A stretch of 64,000 bases of DNA. Origin: Candidatus Magasanikiibacteriota bacterium (GTDB taxonomy: Bacteria > Patescibacteriota > Patescibacteriia > Magasanikbacterales > GWA2-37-8). Below the pieces are notes generated by a model. That model ran no database searches, was not told the origin of the DNA, and saw nothing but the letters and a program-made list of their open reading frames with translations. The DNA lies in NCBI GenBank assembly GCA_041665405.1, contig JBAYIZ010000006.1:407-64406 (forward strand), given 5' to 3'. Shown here piece by piece: positions 9,555-18,731 of this stretch (the first letter of the stretch is position 1; each line of letters starts with the position of its first letter). Position numbers and translations under genes: made by a program.

Positions 9555-10769
9555 TTAAAAATTTATAAATTCTTTAAACCTATCTTCAAAAATAGCTTGC
9601 CGTGCCTGACGCATAAGCTCCAACATAAAATGCACATTATGGATGGTAGCCAAACGCAAACCAGTAATTTCTTGTGCTACAAATAAATGGTGTAAATAAG
9701 CGCGAGAATAATTTTTGCAAGTTGAACAAGCGCAGTCTTTACTAATTGGAGAAAAATCTTTGATAAACGCGGAGTTTTTTATATTCAAACGACGTTTCGG
9801 GTCCTCGGCAGTCGTAACAAACAACATACCGTGTCGAGCCAAACGAGTTGGTGCTACACAATCAAACATATCCGCACCACCAGCTACCACTTTGAGCAAA
9901 TCCTCTGGATCCAAACCGACACCCATAGTGTATCGTGGCTTATCTTTTGGTAATAATGGAGTAATCCAATCCAAAATATTTTTGGTAGCTTCCATGTTGT
10001 AGCCAATGCTTTCACCGCCAATTGCGATACCATCAAAATCTAAACTGGCAATATATTTAGCCGATTCTTTGCGCAGATCTTCATGATTGGCACCCTGAAT
10101 AATACCAAATAAAAATTGTTTGTATTCTTTCGGCACTGTCATCCCCGACTTGATCGGGGATCTATCATCACTAGATTCCCGCTTCTGCGGGAATGACAAA
10201 CGCTTATGTTCGTCCACACATCTTTTTGCCCAGCGATGAGTGCGATCCATAGCTTCCTTTGTATATTTATAATCTGCATCATCAGGGGTACATTCATCAA
10301 AAGCCATAATAATATCCGCACCAATCTTGTGTTGGCACAAAGTAGCGGACTCTGGTGTAAAACGATGAGTAGAGCCGTCAATATGAGATTGAAATGTCAC
10401 GCCGTCTTCATCTATTTTTACCAATTTACCTTGATCTTTGGTGTCGCTTTTTTCTTTTTGCAATCCTAATGAAAAAACCTGAAAACCACCAGAATCAGTC
10501 AAAATCGCCCGGTCCCAATTCATAAATTTGTGCAAACCACCAGATTGAGCAACCAAATCTTCACCCGGTCTCAAATGCAAATGATAGTTATTGGCCAAGA
10601 TAATTTTTGGGTCCAAAATAGCTAGGTCGTTTTGATCTAGGGTTTTAACTGTGGCCTGTGTGCCAACTGGCATAAAGACCGGAGTTTCAATATCTCCATG
10701 GTCGGTATGCAAAATACCGGCTCTGGCACCAGTTTTTTTATCTTCGTGGATTAGTTCAAAAAATGACAT
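9555..10769 (-). CDS. tgt: queuine tRNA-ribosyltransferase (tRNA-guanine transglycosylase) carrying an in-frame 57-nt palindromic-element insertion
   Basis: Tgt hallmarks: MSFFELIHEDKKTGARAG, DSGGFQVFSL, and the zinc site CACSTC...H. An extra segment SFPQKRESSDDRSPIKSGM is encoded by the palindromic repeat at 10141-10200. Confidence 0.9.
   Translation of the reverse strand: MSFFELIHEDKKTGARAGILHTDHGDIETPVFMPVGTQATVKTLDQNDLAILDPKIILANNYHLHLRPGEDLVAQSGGLHKFMNWDRAILTDSGGFQVFSLGLQKEKSDTKDQGKLVKIDEDGVTFQSHIDGSTHRFTPESATLCQHKIGADIIMAFDECTPDDADYKYTKEAMDRTHRWAKRCVDEHKRLSFPQKRESSDDRSPIKSGMTVPKEYKQFLFGIIQGANHEDLRKESAKYIASLDFDGIAIGGESIGYNMEATKNILDWITPLLPKDKPRYTMGVGLDPEDLLKVVAGGADMFDCVAPTRLARHGMLFVTTAEDPKRRLNIKNSAFIKDFSPISKDCACSTCKNYSRAYLHHLFVAQEITGLRLATIHNVHFMLELMRQARQAIFEDRFKEFINF
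10141..10200. repeat. palindromic repeat element R1 copy a (two hairpins: ATCCCCGA...TCGGGGAT and ATTCCCGC...GCGGGAATGACA), in-frame inside tgt
   Basis: The GGATTCCCG-loop-CGGGAATGACA family is also at 11917-11945, 39021-39070 and 44707-44733. Local GC is far above the flanking tgt sequence. Confidence 0.7.
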
Positions 10770-11006
10770 ACTAATTATATTTAAGCCAATACTACGCTAT
10801 TTTGCACAAAAAATCAAGACAAACAAAAAACTTCCTATAAGAAGAAGTTTTTTCTATTCTCATGTCGTTAACAACAACAGGAAAATGGATGCCTGCTTTT
10901 TTGTACCGTGAGCGCAGGCGAATCTCACATATTTTCCTTGCGGCGACTAGCCACGCATTAATCACATGCGCAACTTATCAAGCCGAATTGTGTTGGTACG
11001 GCGCGA

Positions 11007-11420
11007 TCAGCGCGCCTTGGGGGCGGCTGCTTCTCGCAGTTCGGCCAGCTTCCTGTCTACCTTTGGGGTGCCGAGGTGTTGCTTGGCCGCGAACACGAGC
11101 TTTGCGCGGGCAGATTGCACCGCCCTGTTCGAAGGACGACGGCCGGGTGGAGTCAAAGCCACCACCGCCTGCAACATTGCCTCCGTCGTCTGCTCGTCAC
11201 CCTGCTTGTACTCCCTGAGCGTGAACAGGACCTTCTCCACCTTCTCGTGGAGATCCCAGGACTCGCGCCAATACGGCCTGTCTTCGCCGGAATGGAACTT
11301 GTCGAGCATGGAGTGAGCCCTCCTCGACCTGAAGTAGCAAAGGACCAACACAAGCATCGACACGATGTTCACCGCAACACTGATACTGTGCCACATAGAA
11401 ATCCCCACTTCCTTCACCAT
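11007..11420 (-). CDS. small GC-rich protein with N-terminal TM helix (137 aa from MVKEV), hypothetical; GC island 1
   Basis: About 60% GC versus about 35% background; high GC3. Start at the internal ATG at 11420. The other overlapping ORFs in this island look like GC artefacts (S/R-rich). Confidence 0.45.
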   Translation of the reverse strand: MVKEVGISMWHSISVAVNIVSMLVLVLCYFRSRRAHSMLDKFHSGEDRPYWRESWDLHEKVEKVLFTLREYKQGDEQTTEAMLQAVVALTPPGRRPSNRAVQSARAKLVFAAKQHLGTPKVDRKLAELREAAAPKAR

Positions 11421-11571
11421 TGCTGACGAAGATGTTAGCTCTCTAGTTGGCGCGGGATGACACATCCACGCCCTTGCGACAAGCAAGCGGCAGCCCAGCT
11501 ACCTCTACTTTTTCCTTACCAAAAGAAAAACTAGCCGTAGCTTGGCCAAAATATATTTCAAAGAACGTGTA

Positions 11572-11600
11572 AATATAGCACAAAACAACAATTTTGTCAA
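11572..11600 (-). promoter_or_regulatory. sigma70-like promoter TTGACA-17-(TGc)TATATT reading into GC island 1 gene
   Basis: Reverse complement reads TTGACAAAATTGTTGTTTTGTGCTATATT: consensus -35, 17-nt spacer, extended -10. Confidence 0.5.
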
Positions 11601-11678
11601 CAATACTGAAATAATGCACCGCAAACATCCAGCGGCTTTTGATTTTCTCTTACAGGCATGTTAAAATGAAAACTCAAT

Positions 11679-13715
11679 ATGATAAATTTTGAACAAGAAC
11701 TCAACCCGCAACAGCTGGACGTCGTGAAAAATGGCGACGGGCCTTGTTTGGTTTTAGCTGGGGCGGGATCGGGGAAAACTCGCACTATTACTTATCGGGT
11801 TGCCTATTTGTTGGAACAAGGTGTTGGCCCAGAAAATATTTTGTTGGTAACTTTTACCAATCGAGCGGCGAATGAAATGATTGAACGGGTAAGAAATTTG
11901 ATGAGTGGGGATTCCCGTTTGCACGGGAATGACATGCCGTGGTCAGGAACATTTCACCACATTGCCAATAAAATTTTACGACACTACGCACCACATTTAG
12001 GATACAAAAATAATTTTACTGTTTTGGATTCCGACGACAGCCAGGCGTTGATAAAATTGTGTATCAAAGAATTTAAAACCACCGAAAAATTTCCTTCGGC
12101 GAAAGTTGTGGGCGCAATTATTAGTTTTGCTCGTAATTCTCAAAAAAGTATTGAAGAAGTAATTGAAGATAAATTTAATAGCTGGTGGCACCTGTCTAGA
12201 ACTATTGGCGATGTCAGCTCACGATACGAACAAAAGAAAAAAGAATCCAACGCAATGGATTTTGATGATCTACTAATTAATTTTGCATTGTTATTAAACA
12301 CCCCAGCAATTCAAGAAAAGTTTTCCAATCAATTCAAATATATTTTGGTAGATGAGTATCAAGACACCAACAAACTACAAGCGAATATTATTGATAAATT
12401 AGCCAAAATACACCGTAATTTGTTGGTAGTTGGTGATGACGCCCAAAGTATTTATTCTTTCCGTGCGGCTGATATAAAAAATATTTTAAATTTTGAAGAA
12501 AAATATTCTGATGCGAAAATTTTTCGTTTGGAAATAAATTATCGTTCTCACCAAGAAATTTTGTCTTTGGCCAATAATGTTATCGCCAACAATCGTCATC
12601 AATATCCAAAAAAATTAAAAGCAGTAAAAGAAAATGGCATAAAACCAAATTTATATCCAAAAAATGATCAATCCGACGAAGCGAGTTTTATTGTAAAAAA
12701 AATAAATGAACTGATTGAACAAGGAACTCCAGAACACAAAATCGCTGTGCTGTTTCGTGCCGCTCATCATTCTCAAATGCTCGAAATGGAATTAGCCAAA
12801 GCAGGAATCGCTTATGATTATCGTGGCGGTTTGCGATTTTTTGAACGCGCTCACATCAAAGATGTTTTGAGTTATCTCAGAATATTAAATAATTTATCTG
12901 ACACCTCTGCGTGGTTGCGTATTCTCCAACACGAAGAAGGAATCGGACCGTCGGCTGCCAATAAAATTATTTCTGCCGTGCAAAAACTAGAAAAAATTGA
13001 TGACATAAAAAATCTTGGGGAAGTTTTAGGTGGAAAAACCCAAACCGGTTTTAATAATTTCTTAAAAATTTTTAATGCTCTCTTGGAATCGTATATTCCA
13101 GAAAGCAGCCCTGGTGATTTAATCCAATCCATTATCAGTTCGAATTATAGCGACTATTTGGAAGCAGAATTCATAGATAGTGATGACCGAAAAAAGGATT
13201 TGGAACAAATGGCCACCTTTGCCACCAAACACAAAAATTTATCTGATTTTTTGGCCGAATCTAGTTTGCAAGAGTCGTTTGCCCACCCGACATCCAACCA
13301 AACACAGACAAACAACCAAAAAAGGTTGGTGCTTTCCACTATTCATCAGGCCAAAGGACTGGAGTGGGAAGCGGTTTTTATAATCAATGTAGCCAACGAC
13401 GCCTTTCCCAACAGTCGTGCTTTGGCCGAAAGTGAAGGTCTGGAAGAAGAACGCCGTTTGTTTTATGTCGCTATTACTCGTGCCAAAAAACACTTAATTT
13501 TGACTTATCCAATGTCAAATGAGGGTTGGGGCTCCTCGCTGGGCGGTCCAAGCTTGTTTTTGTCTGAAATTAGCCAAGATTTGATTGATGACCACTCATT
13601 ATTATCCTATAAAAGCACTGTTTTTGATAAAAATGAAGAAATTCAATATATTAACGAAGATGAACCAATAAATATCCAACCTGGTAGTTTTTTGCGCAGT
13701 ATTGATGACTTATAA
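11679..13715 (+). CDS. UvrD/PcrA-family ATP-dependent DNA helicase carrying an in-frame palindromic-element insertion
   Basis: Walker A LVLAGAGSGKTRTITYR, helicase motifs through TIHQAKGLEWEAVF. The extra SGDSRLHGNDM near GTFHHIANKIL is encoded by repeat R1 at 11917-11945. Confidence 0.9.
   Translation: MINFEQELNPQQLDVVKNGDGPCLVLAGAGSGKTRTITYRVAYLLEQGVGPENILLVTFTNRAANEMIERVRNLMSGDSRLHGNDMPWSGTFHHIANKILRHYAPHLGYKNNFTVLDSDDSQALIKLCIKEFKTTEKFPSAKVVGAIISFARNSQKSIEEVIEDKFNSWWHLSRTIGDVSSRYEQKKKESNAMDFDDLLINFALLLNTPAIQEKFSNQFKYILVDEYQDTNKLQANIIDKLAKIHRNLLVVGDDAQSIYSFRAADIKNILNFEEKYSDAKIFRLEINYRSHQEILSLANNVIANNRHQYPKKLKAVKENGIKPNLYPKNDQSDEASFIVKKINELIEQGTPEHKIAVLFRAAHHSQMLEMELAKAGIAYDYRGGLRFFERAHIKDVLSYLRILNNLSDTSAWLRILQHEEGIGPSAANKIISAVQKLEKIDDIKNLGEVLGGKTQTGFNNFLKIFNALLESYIPESSPGDLIQSIISSNYSDYLEAEFIDSDDRKKDLEQMATFATKHKNLSDFLAESSLQESFAHPTSNQTQTNNQKRLVLSTIHQAKGLEWEAVFIINVANDAFPNSRALAESEGLEEERRLFYVAITRAKKHLILTYPMSNEGWGSSLGGPSLFLSEISQDLIDDHSLLSYKSTVFDKNEEIQYINEDEPINIQPGSFLRSIDDL
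11917..11945. repeat. palindromic repeat element R1 copy b (GGGATTCCCGTTTGCACGGGAATGACA) in-frame inside uvrD/pcrA
   Basis: Same ATTCCCG...CGGGAATGACA inverted-repeat motif as in tgt and two intergenic sites. Confidence 0.7.
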
Positions 13716-13823
13716 AAAAACATAAATACCAACAATAAAACAAAAGGACTTCACTGAGGTCTTTTTTTATTCTAGTTTTCACATTTTTGTGGTATAATAT
13801 ATTCGTAATTAATTTATAATCAT

Positions 13824-14198
13824 GTGGCTGAAATTAAAAAACACATTTTGATTGTGGAGGATGAAAAACCGATGGCCAGAGCGCTCGAATTAAAGCTAAA
13901 TAAGTCCGGATATAATGCTATTGCTGTCTTTGATGGAGAGCAGGCATTGAATGCGCTCAAAAAAGAAAAGTTTGATTTGGTTTTGCTTGATTTAATTATT
14001 CCAAAAATTGACGGGTTCGGTGTTTTAGAAAAATTAAAAGACAATAATAACAAAACACCGGTAATTGTTTCTTCAAATCTTGGTCAGGAGGACGATATTA
14101 CTCGTGCCAAAGGACTTGGCGCCAAAGGATATTATGTAAAATCAAACACTTCTATCGCCGAAGTCATAGTACAAATCAAAAAAATATTAAACGCGTAA
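13824..14198 (+). CDS. stand-alone response regulator receiver (CheY-like REC) protein, GTG start
   Basis: ILIVEDEKPMARAL...LVLLDLIIPKIDGF...K phospho-acceptor architecture; 124 aa with no output domain. Confidence 0.8.
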   Translation: MAEIKKHILIVEDEKPMARALELKLNKSGYNAIAVFDGEQALNALKKEKFDLVLLDLIIPKIDGFGVLEKLKDNNNKTPVIVSSNLGQEDDITRAKGLGAKGYYVKSNTSIAEVIVQIKKILNA

Positions 14199-14210
14199 AC
14201 AACAAAAAAT

Positions 14211-15863
14211 ATGCAACTCGACGACAACAAAATTGAGAAAATTTTGCTTGACGGCAGTTATATTTCGGCGGATGACCTGAAAAAAGCACAACAATACGCC
14301 AAAGAGCATCATGCTACTTCATTGGTTTATTTACAAAACGAAGGGCTTATTAATCGCAATCTTTTGGGACAAGCAATTGCTGAATCACTTAATGTTGATT
14401 ACGCATCACTACCCGCACAACAACCAACCAAAGAACAAGTTTTGAAAATTCCCGAAGATATTGCCAACAAATATCATATTGTTTTATTTAAAGAAACACC
14501 AAAAGAAGTAGTTGTTGCTACCGACGATCCTGCGGCCACAGATTTATCCAAAGCATTAAAACAAATTTTCAAAACTCAAAAAATTTCTCTGGCTTATTCA
14601 TTGCCCGAAGATATTGATACTGCTTTTATTGCTTACCGCAAAACTTTGGAAACTCGTTTTGGTGATATTATAAAAAAACAAGAACACATTGCTCCGGAAA
14701 TTATTGATGAAATTATTGAAGATGCGATTGCCTACCACGCCTCGGATATTCACTTTGAACCACAAAGTAAAGAAGTGGTAATTCGTTTTCGTGTAGACGG
14801 CGTACTCAACGAAGCCGGCCGTATTCCCAAGGAATATTTTGGCAATGTTTTGAATCGTATCAAGGTACAATCACATTTACCGATCGATGAACATTATTCT
14901 GCTCAAGATGGGGCGATGCGTTTTGTCAAAGAAAACATGACGGCTGATTTGCGCGTGTCTATTTTGCCAACCTTGGACGGAGAAAAAGTGGTAATGCGTT
15001 TGTTGTCTCAATATGTGCGTGGTTTCAATTTACCGGATTTAGGATTATCGCCAGAAAATGAAATACTGTTAGAAAAAGCATACAAAAAACCGTTTGGGAT
15101 GATACTCATTACTGGCCCAACTGGCTCTGGAAAGACCACTTCTCTGTATGCACTACTTCGCATTTTGAATACTCCCAATGTAAACATCACCACCATTGAA
15201 GACCCGGTAGAATATCGAGTAGAAGGTATAAACCAAATTCAGGTTAACCCCAAAACCAATCTCACTTTTGCTGGCGGACTGCGTTCGATTGTACGCCAAG
15301 ATCCAGATATTATTTTGGTTGGTGAAATCCGCGACAATGAAACCGCTGAAATTGCCATCAATGCTTCACTCACAGGTCATTTATTATTATCCACTTTCCA
15401 TGCCAATGATTCTGCTACCGCTGTCCCGCGTTTACTCGACATGAAAATTGAACCATTCTTGTTGGCTTCAACTTTAGAATTACTTATCGCCCAGCGTTTG
15501 GTAAGAAAAATTTGTGAACAATGCAAAGTAAGTTCGGTGATAAAACAAATTGATATCAAAAAAACCGTGCCGGAATTAGCGAGAAAATATTTTACCGGCA
15601 AATCATATACTTTTTATAAAGGTAAAGGTTGTAGCGCGTGTGGCAATACTGGTTACAAAGGACGCCAAGCAATTTTTGAATTTATTCCCATCTCTCCGGA
15701 AATGAAAGAATTAATCTTAAAAAATCCTTCCACTCAAGAAATTTGGAAGGTTGCTCGCAAACAAGGATCAAAAACTTTGTTTGAAGATGGTTTAGAAAAA
15801 GTAAAAAACGGCATCACCACATTACAAGAATTATTACGCGTTGCAGAACCACCAAAATTTTAA
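14211..15863 (+). CDS. pilB: type IV pilus assembly ATPase PilB/GspE family
   Basis: N-terminal GSPII_E_N-like domain. Walker A ILITGPTGSGKTTSLYA, Asp box, Walker B, tetracysteine CEQCK...CSACGNTGYKGR. Confidence 0.9.
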   Translation: MQLDDNKIEKILLDGSYISADDLKKAQQYAKEHHATSLVYLQNEGLINRNLLGQAIAESLNVDYASLPAQQPTKEQVLKIPEDIANKYHIVLFKETPKEVVVATDDPAATDLSKALKQIFKTQKISLAYSLPEDIDTAFIAYRKTLETRFGDIIKKQEHIAPEIIDEIIEDAIAYHASDIHFEPQSKEVVIRFRVDGVLNEAGRIPKEYFGNVLNRIKVQSHLPIDEHYSAQDGAMRFVKENMTADLRVSILPTLDGEKVVMRLLSQYVRGFNLPDLGLSPENEILLEKAYKKPFGMILITGPTGSGKTTSLYALLRILNTPNVNITTIEDPVEYRVEGINQIQVNPKTNLTFAGGLRSIVRQDPDIILVGEIRDNETAEIAINASLTGHLLLSTFHANDSATAVPRLLDMKIEPFLLASTLELLIAQRLVRKICEQCKVSSVIKQIDIKKTVPELARKYFTGKSYTFYKGKGCSACGNTGYKGRQAIFEFIPISPEMKELILKNPSTQEIWKVARKQGSKTLFEDGLEKVKNGITTLQELLRVAEPPKF

Positions 15864-15872
15864 AATACGACC

Positions 15873-17336
15873 ATGGCCAAAATAAAGGAGCCAAAAATTA
15901 TCAAGAAAAAAGATAGTCGGGTATCACGATTTGATACTTTTGGTTTGGGTGAAGAAAAAGAATATTTGGTAGAAAATCTTGGTGTGCTTTTGGCCTCGGG
16001 CATGGATATTATCGACGCTTTGGAATCAATAAAAATTGAAATCCGTTCTAAAATCCTAAAAAAAATAATTACCAACATCCAGGATGATATCAATGGTGGG
16101 TCTAGCTTGTGGGAAGCGTTGGAGAAATCATATCTTCTACCAAAGCATATTATTTCGCTGATAAAAATCGGCGAGTCCAGCGGACAACTCCAAGAAAGTT
16201 TGGCCGTCATTGTCGTTCAACAACAAAAAAACCGTTCGTTCCGTTCCAAAATTCGTTCGGCCATGATGTATCCCGTGTTTGTGATGGCGCTAGCACTGAT
16301 TGTCGGAATTGGAATTTCCTGGTTTATTTTACCGCGTCTAGCGACAGTGTTTTCACAATTAAATTTAGAGCTTCCATTGGTCACGCGAATTCTTATCGGC
16401 TTTGGGTCATTTTTATCTGCTGAGGGTGTTTGGGCCGTTCCCTCTTCTATCGCTACATTGCTAGTAATAATATATTTTATTTTTATTTTCAAACCGACAA
16501 AATTTTTAGGCCAAAAAATATTATTTCATTTACCAGGAATTAAAAAATTGATTTTAGAAATTGAGTTGTCGCGCATGGGGTATATTGTTGGGACATTATT
16601 ACAAGCCGGATTGCCAATAGTGGACACCATCGAATCCCTAAGCGACGCTTCGCCGTTGCATAATTATAAAAAACTATACTCGCAATTAGCTTTGTTTTTG
16701 AAAGATGGAAAATCATTTCAAGAATTTTTTGCCGCTAACAAAAAAATTAAAAAGATGATTCCAATTCCAGTACAAGGATTAATTGTGGTGGGTGAACGCT
16801 CTGGCAGATTGTCAGAAATTTTTCTAAATGTTGGAAAAACCTACGAGGAACGAACCGATTTAACTACGAAAAATTTGAGTGTGATTTTGGAACCAATTTT
16901 ATTGATAGTAGTTTGGCTCGGAGTAGTGGCTGTCGCTCTAGCGGTTATCCTTCCTATATATAGCTTGGTTGGAGGGCTAAACAAAAAACCGGCTGCCCGC
17001 CCACCAAGACCGGTGTCTACTATAATAACAGAAACAAACACCTCTACGATTGCCGTTGTGGATTTTTCTACCTCGACCACCAGCACAATCAAATTACCAA
17101 CCACCCCACCAGAAATAATGGCGGTGCCTGGTACACAAATGGTAACAATTTTGGATACTGGCATCGGCTATCTCAATGTCCGTAGCGAACCATCCACCCA
17201 AGCCAAAATTTTACAAAAGGTAAATGTTGGAACATCTTATCCATATTTAGATAAACAAAATGGTTGGTATAACATCATATTACCAGACGGCCAAATCGGT
17301 TGGGTCAGCGAACGCTACACCAAGCTCGTGCCGTAA
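15873..17336 (+). CDS. pilC: type IV pilus platform protein PilC/GspF fused to a C-terminal SH3b-like domain
   Basis: Two T2SF repeats with TM helices. The C-terminal 100 aa are Thr-rich and end in GYLNVRSEPSTQAKILQKVNVGTSYPYLDKQNGWYNIILPDGQIGWVSERY, an SH3b-type motif. Confidence 0.85.
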   Translation: MAKIKEPKIIKKKDSRVSRFDTFGLGEEKEYLVENLGVLLASGMDIIDALESIKIEIRSKILKKIITNIQDDINGGSSLWEALEKSYLLPKHIISLIKIGESSGQLQESLAVIVVQQQKNRSFRSKIRSAMMYPVFVMALALIVGIGISWFILPRLATVFSQLNLELPLVTRILIGFGSFLSAEGVWAVPSSIATLLVIIYFIFIFKPTKFLGQKILFHLPGIKKLILEIELSRMGYIVGTLLQAGLPIVDTIESLSDASPLHNYKKLYSQLALFLKDGKSFQEFFAANKKIKKMIPIPVQGLIVVGERSGRLSEIFLNVGKTYEERTDLTTKNLSVILEPILLIVVWLGVVAVALAVILPIYSLVGGLNKKPAARPPRPVSTIITETNTSTIAVVDFSTSTTSTIKLPTTPPEIMAVPGTQMVTILDTGIGYLNVRSEPSTQAKILQKVNVGTSYPYLDKQNGWYNIILPDGQIGWVSERYTKLVP

Positions 17337-17760
17337 AGGTTTCACTCTGCTTGAAGTGATGCTGGTGCTCGCTTTTTTTGCCTTGCTCACTAGTATGTCG
17401 GTCCCGATTATAAATTCTTTTCAGGCGGAAAATAGTGTGAATTTAACGACAGCAACGATCACCCAGTCTATTCACCGTGCTATTTTACTATCACAAGGAT
17501 TAATGTTCGATTCAGCTTGGGGGGTGAATTTAACCACTGGAAAAATTACTATTTTCAAAGGCACTTCTTTTGCGGCACGCGATATTTCGTTTGATGAATA
17601 TTATGAAACGCCTGCCAATATTACTATCGCCGGATTAACTGAGATTACTTTTGCTCCGCTCACTGGGCAGCCACAAAACATTGGTACCATCACCATTACT
17701 GCTCCAGACAACGATCCAAGAGAAATAAATATCAACGCCCGGGGAATGGTCGACTACTAA
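17260..17760 (+). CDS. type IV pilin-like (pseudopilin) with class III signal KG/FTLLEVM; unusually long leader if ATG 17260 is used
   Basis: Prepilin peptidase motif RKGFTLLEVMLVLAFFALL overlaps the pilC stop. The only in-frame start is ATG 17260, giving a 26-aa leader and a 77-nt overlap with pilC. Confidence 0.55.
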   Translation: MVGITSYYQTAKSVGSANATPSSCRKGFTLLEVMLVLAFFALLTSMSVPIINSFQAENSVNLTTATITQSIHRAILLSQGLMFDSAWGVNLTTGKITIFKGTSFAARDISFDEYYETPANITIAGLTEITFAPLTGQPQNIGTITITAPDNDPREININARGMVDY

Positions 17761-17763
17761 TTT

Positions 17764-18234
17764 ATGCAAATATTAAAACAACAAAATAACCGTGGATTTT
17801 CTTTAATCGAAGTTATTCTAGCTAGCTCGGTTTTTGTTTTGTTGGGATTTATGTTGGTGGGTGGAATTGTATATGGCCAAGAAAGCTCGCTCAAAGGAGC
17901 TTTGCGATCCCGAGCGGCCATGTTGGCTGAGGAAGGGCTCGAGGCAGTGCGCAGTATTCGCAACCAAAATTTTTCTGATTTGAACGTTGGTACATTTGGT
18001 CTTTCTACTTCTACTGGACAATGGTCTCTGGTTGTAGCGGCGGAATATTCAGATAATTTTTTACGTGAAATCACTATCACAGACATAGATGTTCACCAAA
18101 AAAAAATTATTTCCAAAGTAATTTGGCTATCAGAAAATAATCTAGAAAATTCTGTTTCATTAACAACTTTTTTGACCGATTGGTCGTTTGTCACTCCTGA
18201 AAATTTGGATTCTGGTGTTTGTTCTACTTCATAA
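17764..18234 (+). CDS. type IV pilin-like minor pilin
   Basis: NRGFSLIEVILASSVFVLLGFML class III signal peptide. Confidence 0.7.
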   Translation: MQILKQQNNRGFSLIEVILASSVFVLLGFMLVGGIVYGQESSLKGALRSRAAMLAEEGLEAVRSIRNQNFSDLNVGTFGLSTSTGQWSLVVAAEYSDNFLREITITDIDVHQKKIISKVIWLSENNLENSVSLTTFLTDWSFVTPENLDSGVCSTS

Positions 18235-18236
18235 AT

Positions 18237-18731
18237 ATGAAAAATATTTACAATAAAAAATCTGGTTTTACACTTATCGAAGTTCTGCTATATGTGGGCA
18301 TTACTTCGTTTATGTTGTTAACTATAAACATTTTTATTGCCACTGTTTTACAATCACGGATAAAAAACCAAACTGTTTTGGTAGTTGAAAACAGCGGTGT
18401 TGCTATAATGCAAACTATCATACAGACATTGAGAAATGCGACACAAATAAATATTTCAAATCCACAAACAATTTCCGCCACTATGCCAGACGGCCAACAA
18501 ATAGTTTTTGGCCTAGAAAATCAAGTAATAAATTCAACTCAAAGTGGCACCATTTATCCACTAATACCAAGCGATGTTTCCGCCACCTCGCTACAGTTTA
18601 CTAATCTTGCACCCGCCGAAAAACCCGCTTCAATACAAATAATTTTTAATCTTGAGAACCTTAGTCCCGAAGGCAGAAACGAAACTACTTACTCACAAAC
18701 TTTTTATGATACTGCCACATTACGAAAATAA
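18237..18731 (+). CDS. type IV pilin-like minor pilin
   Basis: MKNIYNKKSGFTLIEVLLYVGITSFML; start moved to the second Met so the leader is canonical. Confidence 0.65.
   Translation: MKNIYNKKSGFTLIEVLLYVGITSFMLLTINIFIATVLQSRIKNQTVLVVENSGVAIMQTIIQTLRNATQINISNPQTISATMPDGQQIVFGLENQVINSTQSGTIYPLIPSDVSATSLQFTNLAPAEKPASIQIIFNLENLSPEGRNETTYSQTFYDTATLRK

Noticed and set aside
10862-11426. Multiple overlapping track ORFs on both strands inside GC island 1 (10862..11218 +, 10966..11316 +, 11076..11426 +, 11153..11353 -, 11197..11394 -)
   Set aside because: High-GC DNA produces long open frames in every frame. These have S/R/P-rich junk-like composition. Only the minus-strand frame with a TM helix, GC3 bias and an upstream consensus promoter was kept.
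11550-11600. A dedicated conserved promoter family shared by all GC islands
   Set aside because: The island 1 and island 2 promoters share TTGTTTTGTG in the spacer, and most have a TGn extension. However, the rpsL, tRNA-Cys and dksA promoters look the same, so this is better explained by the host's general AT-rich extended -10 promoter style than by an island-specific element.
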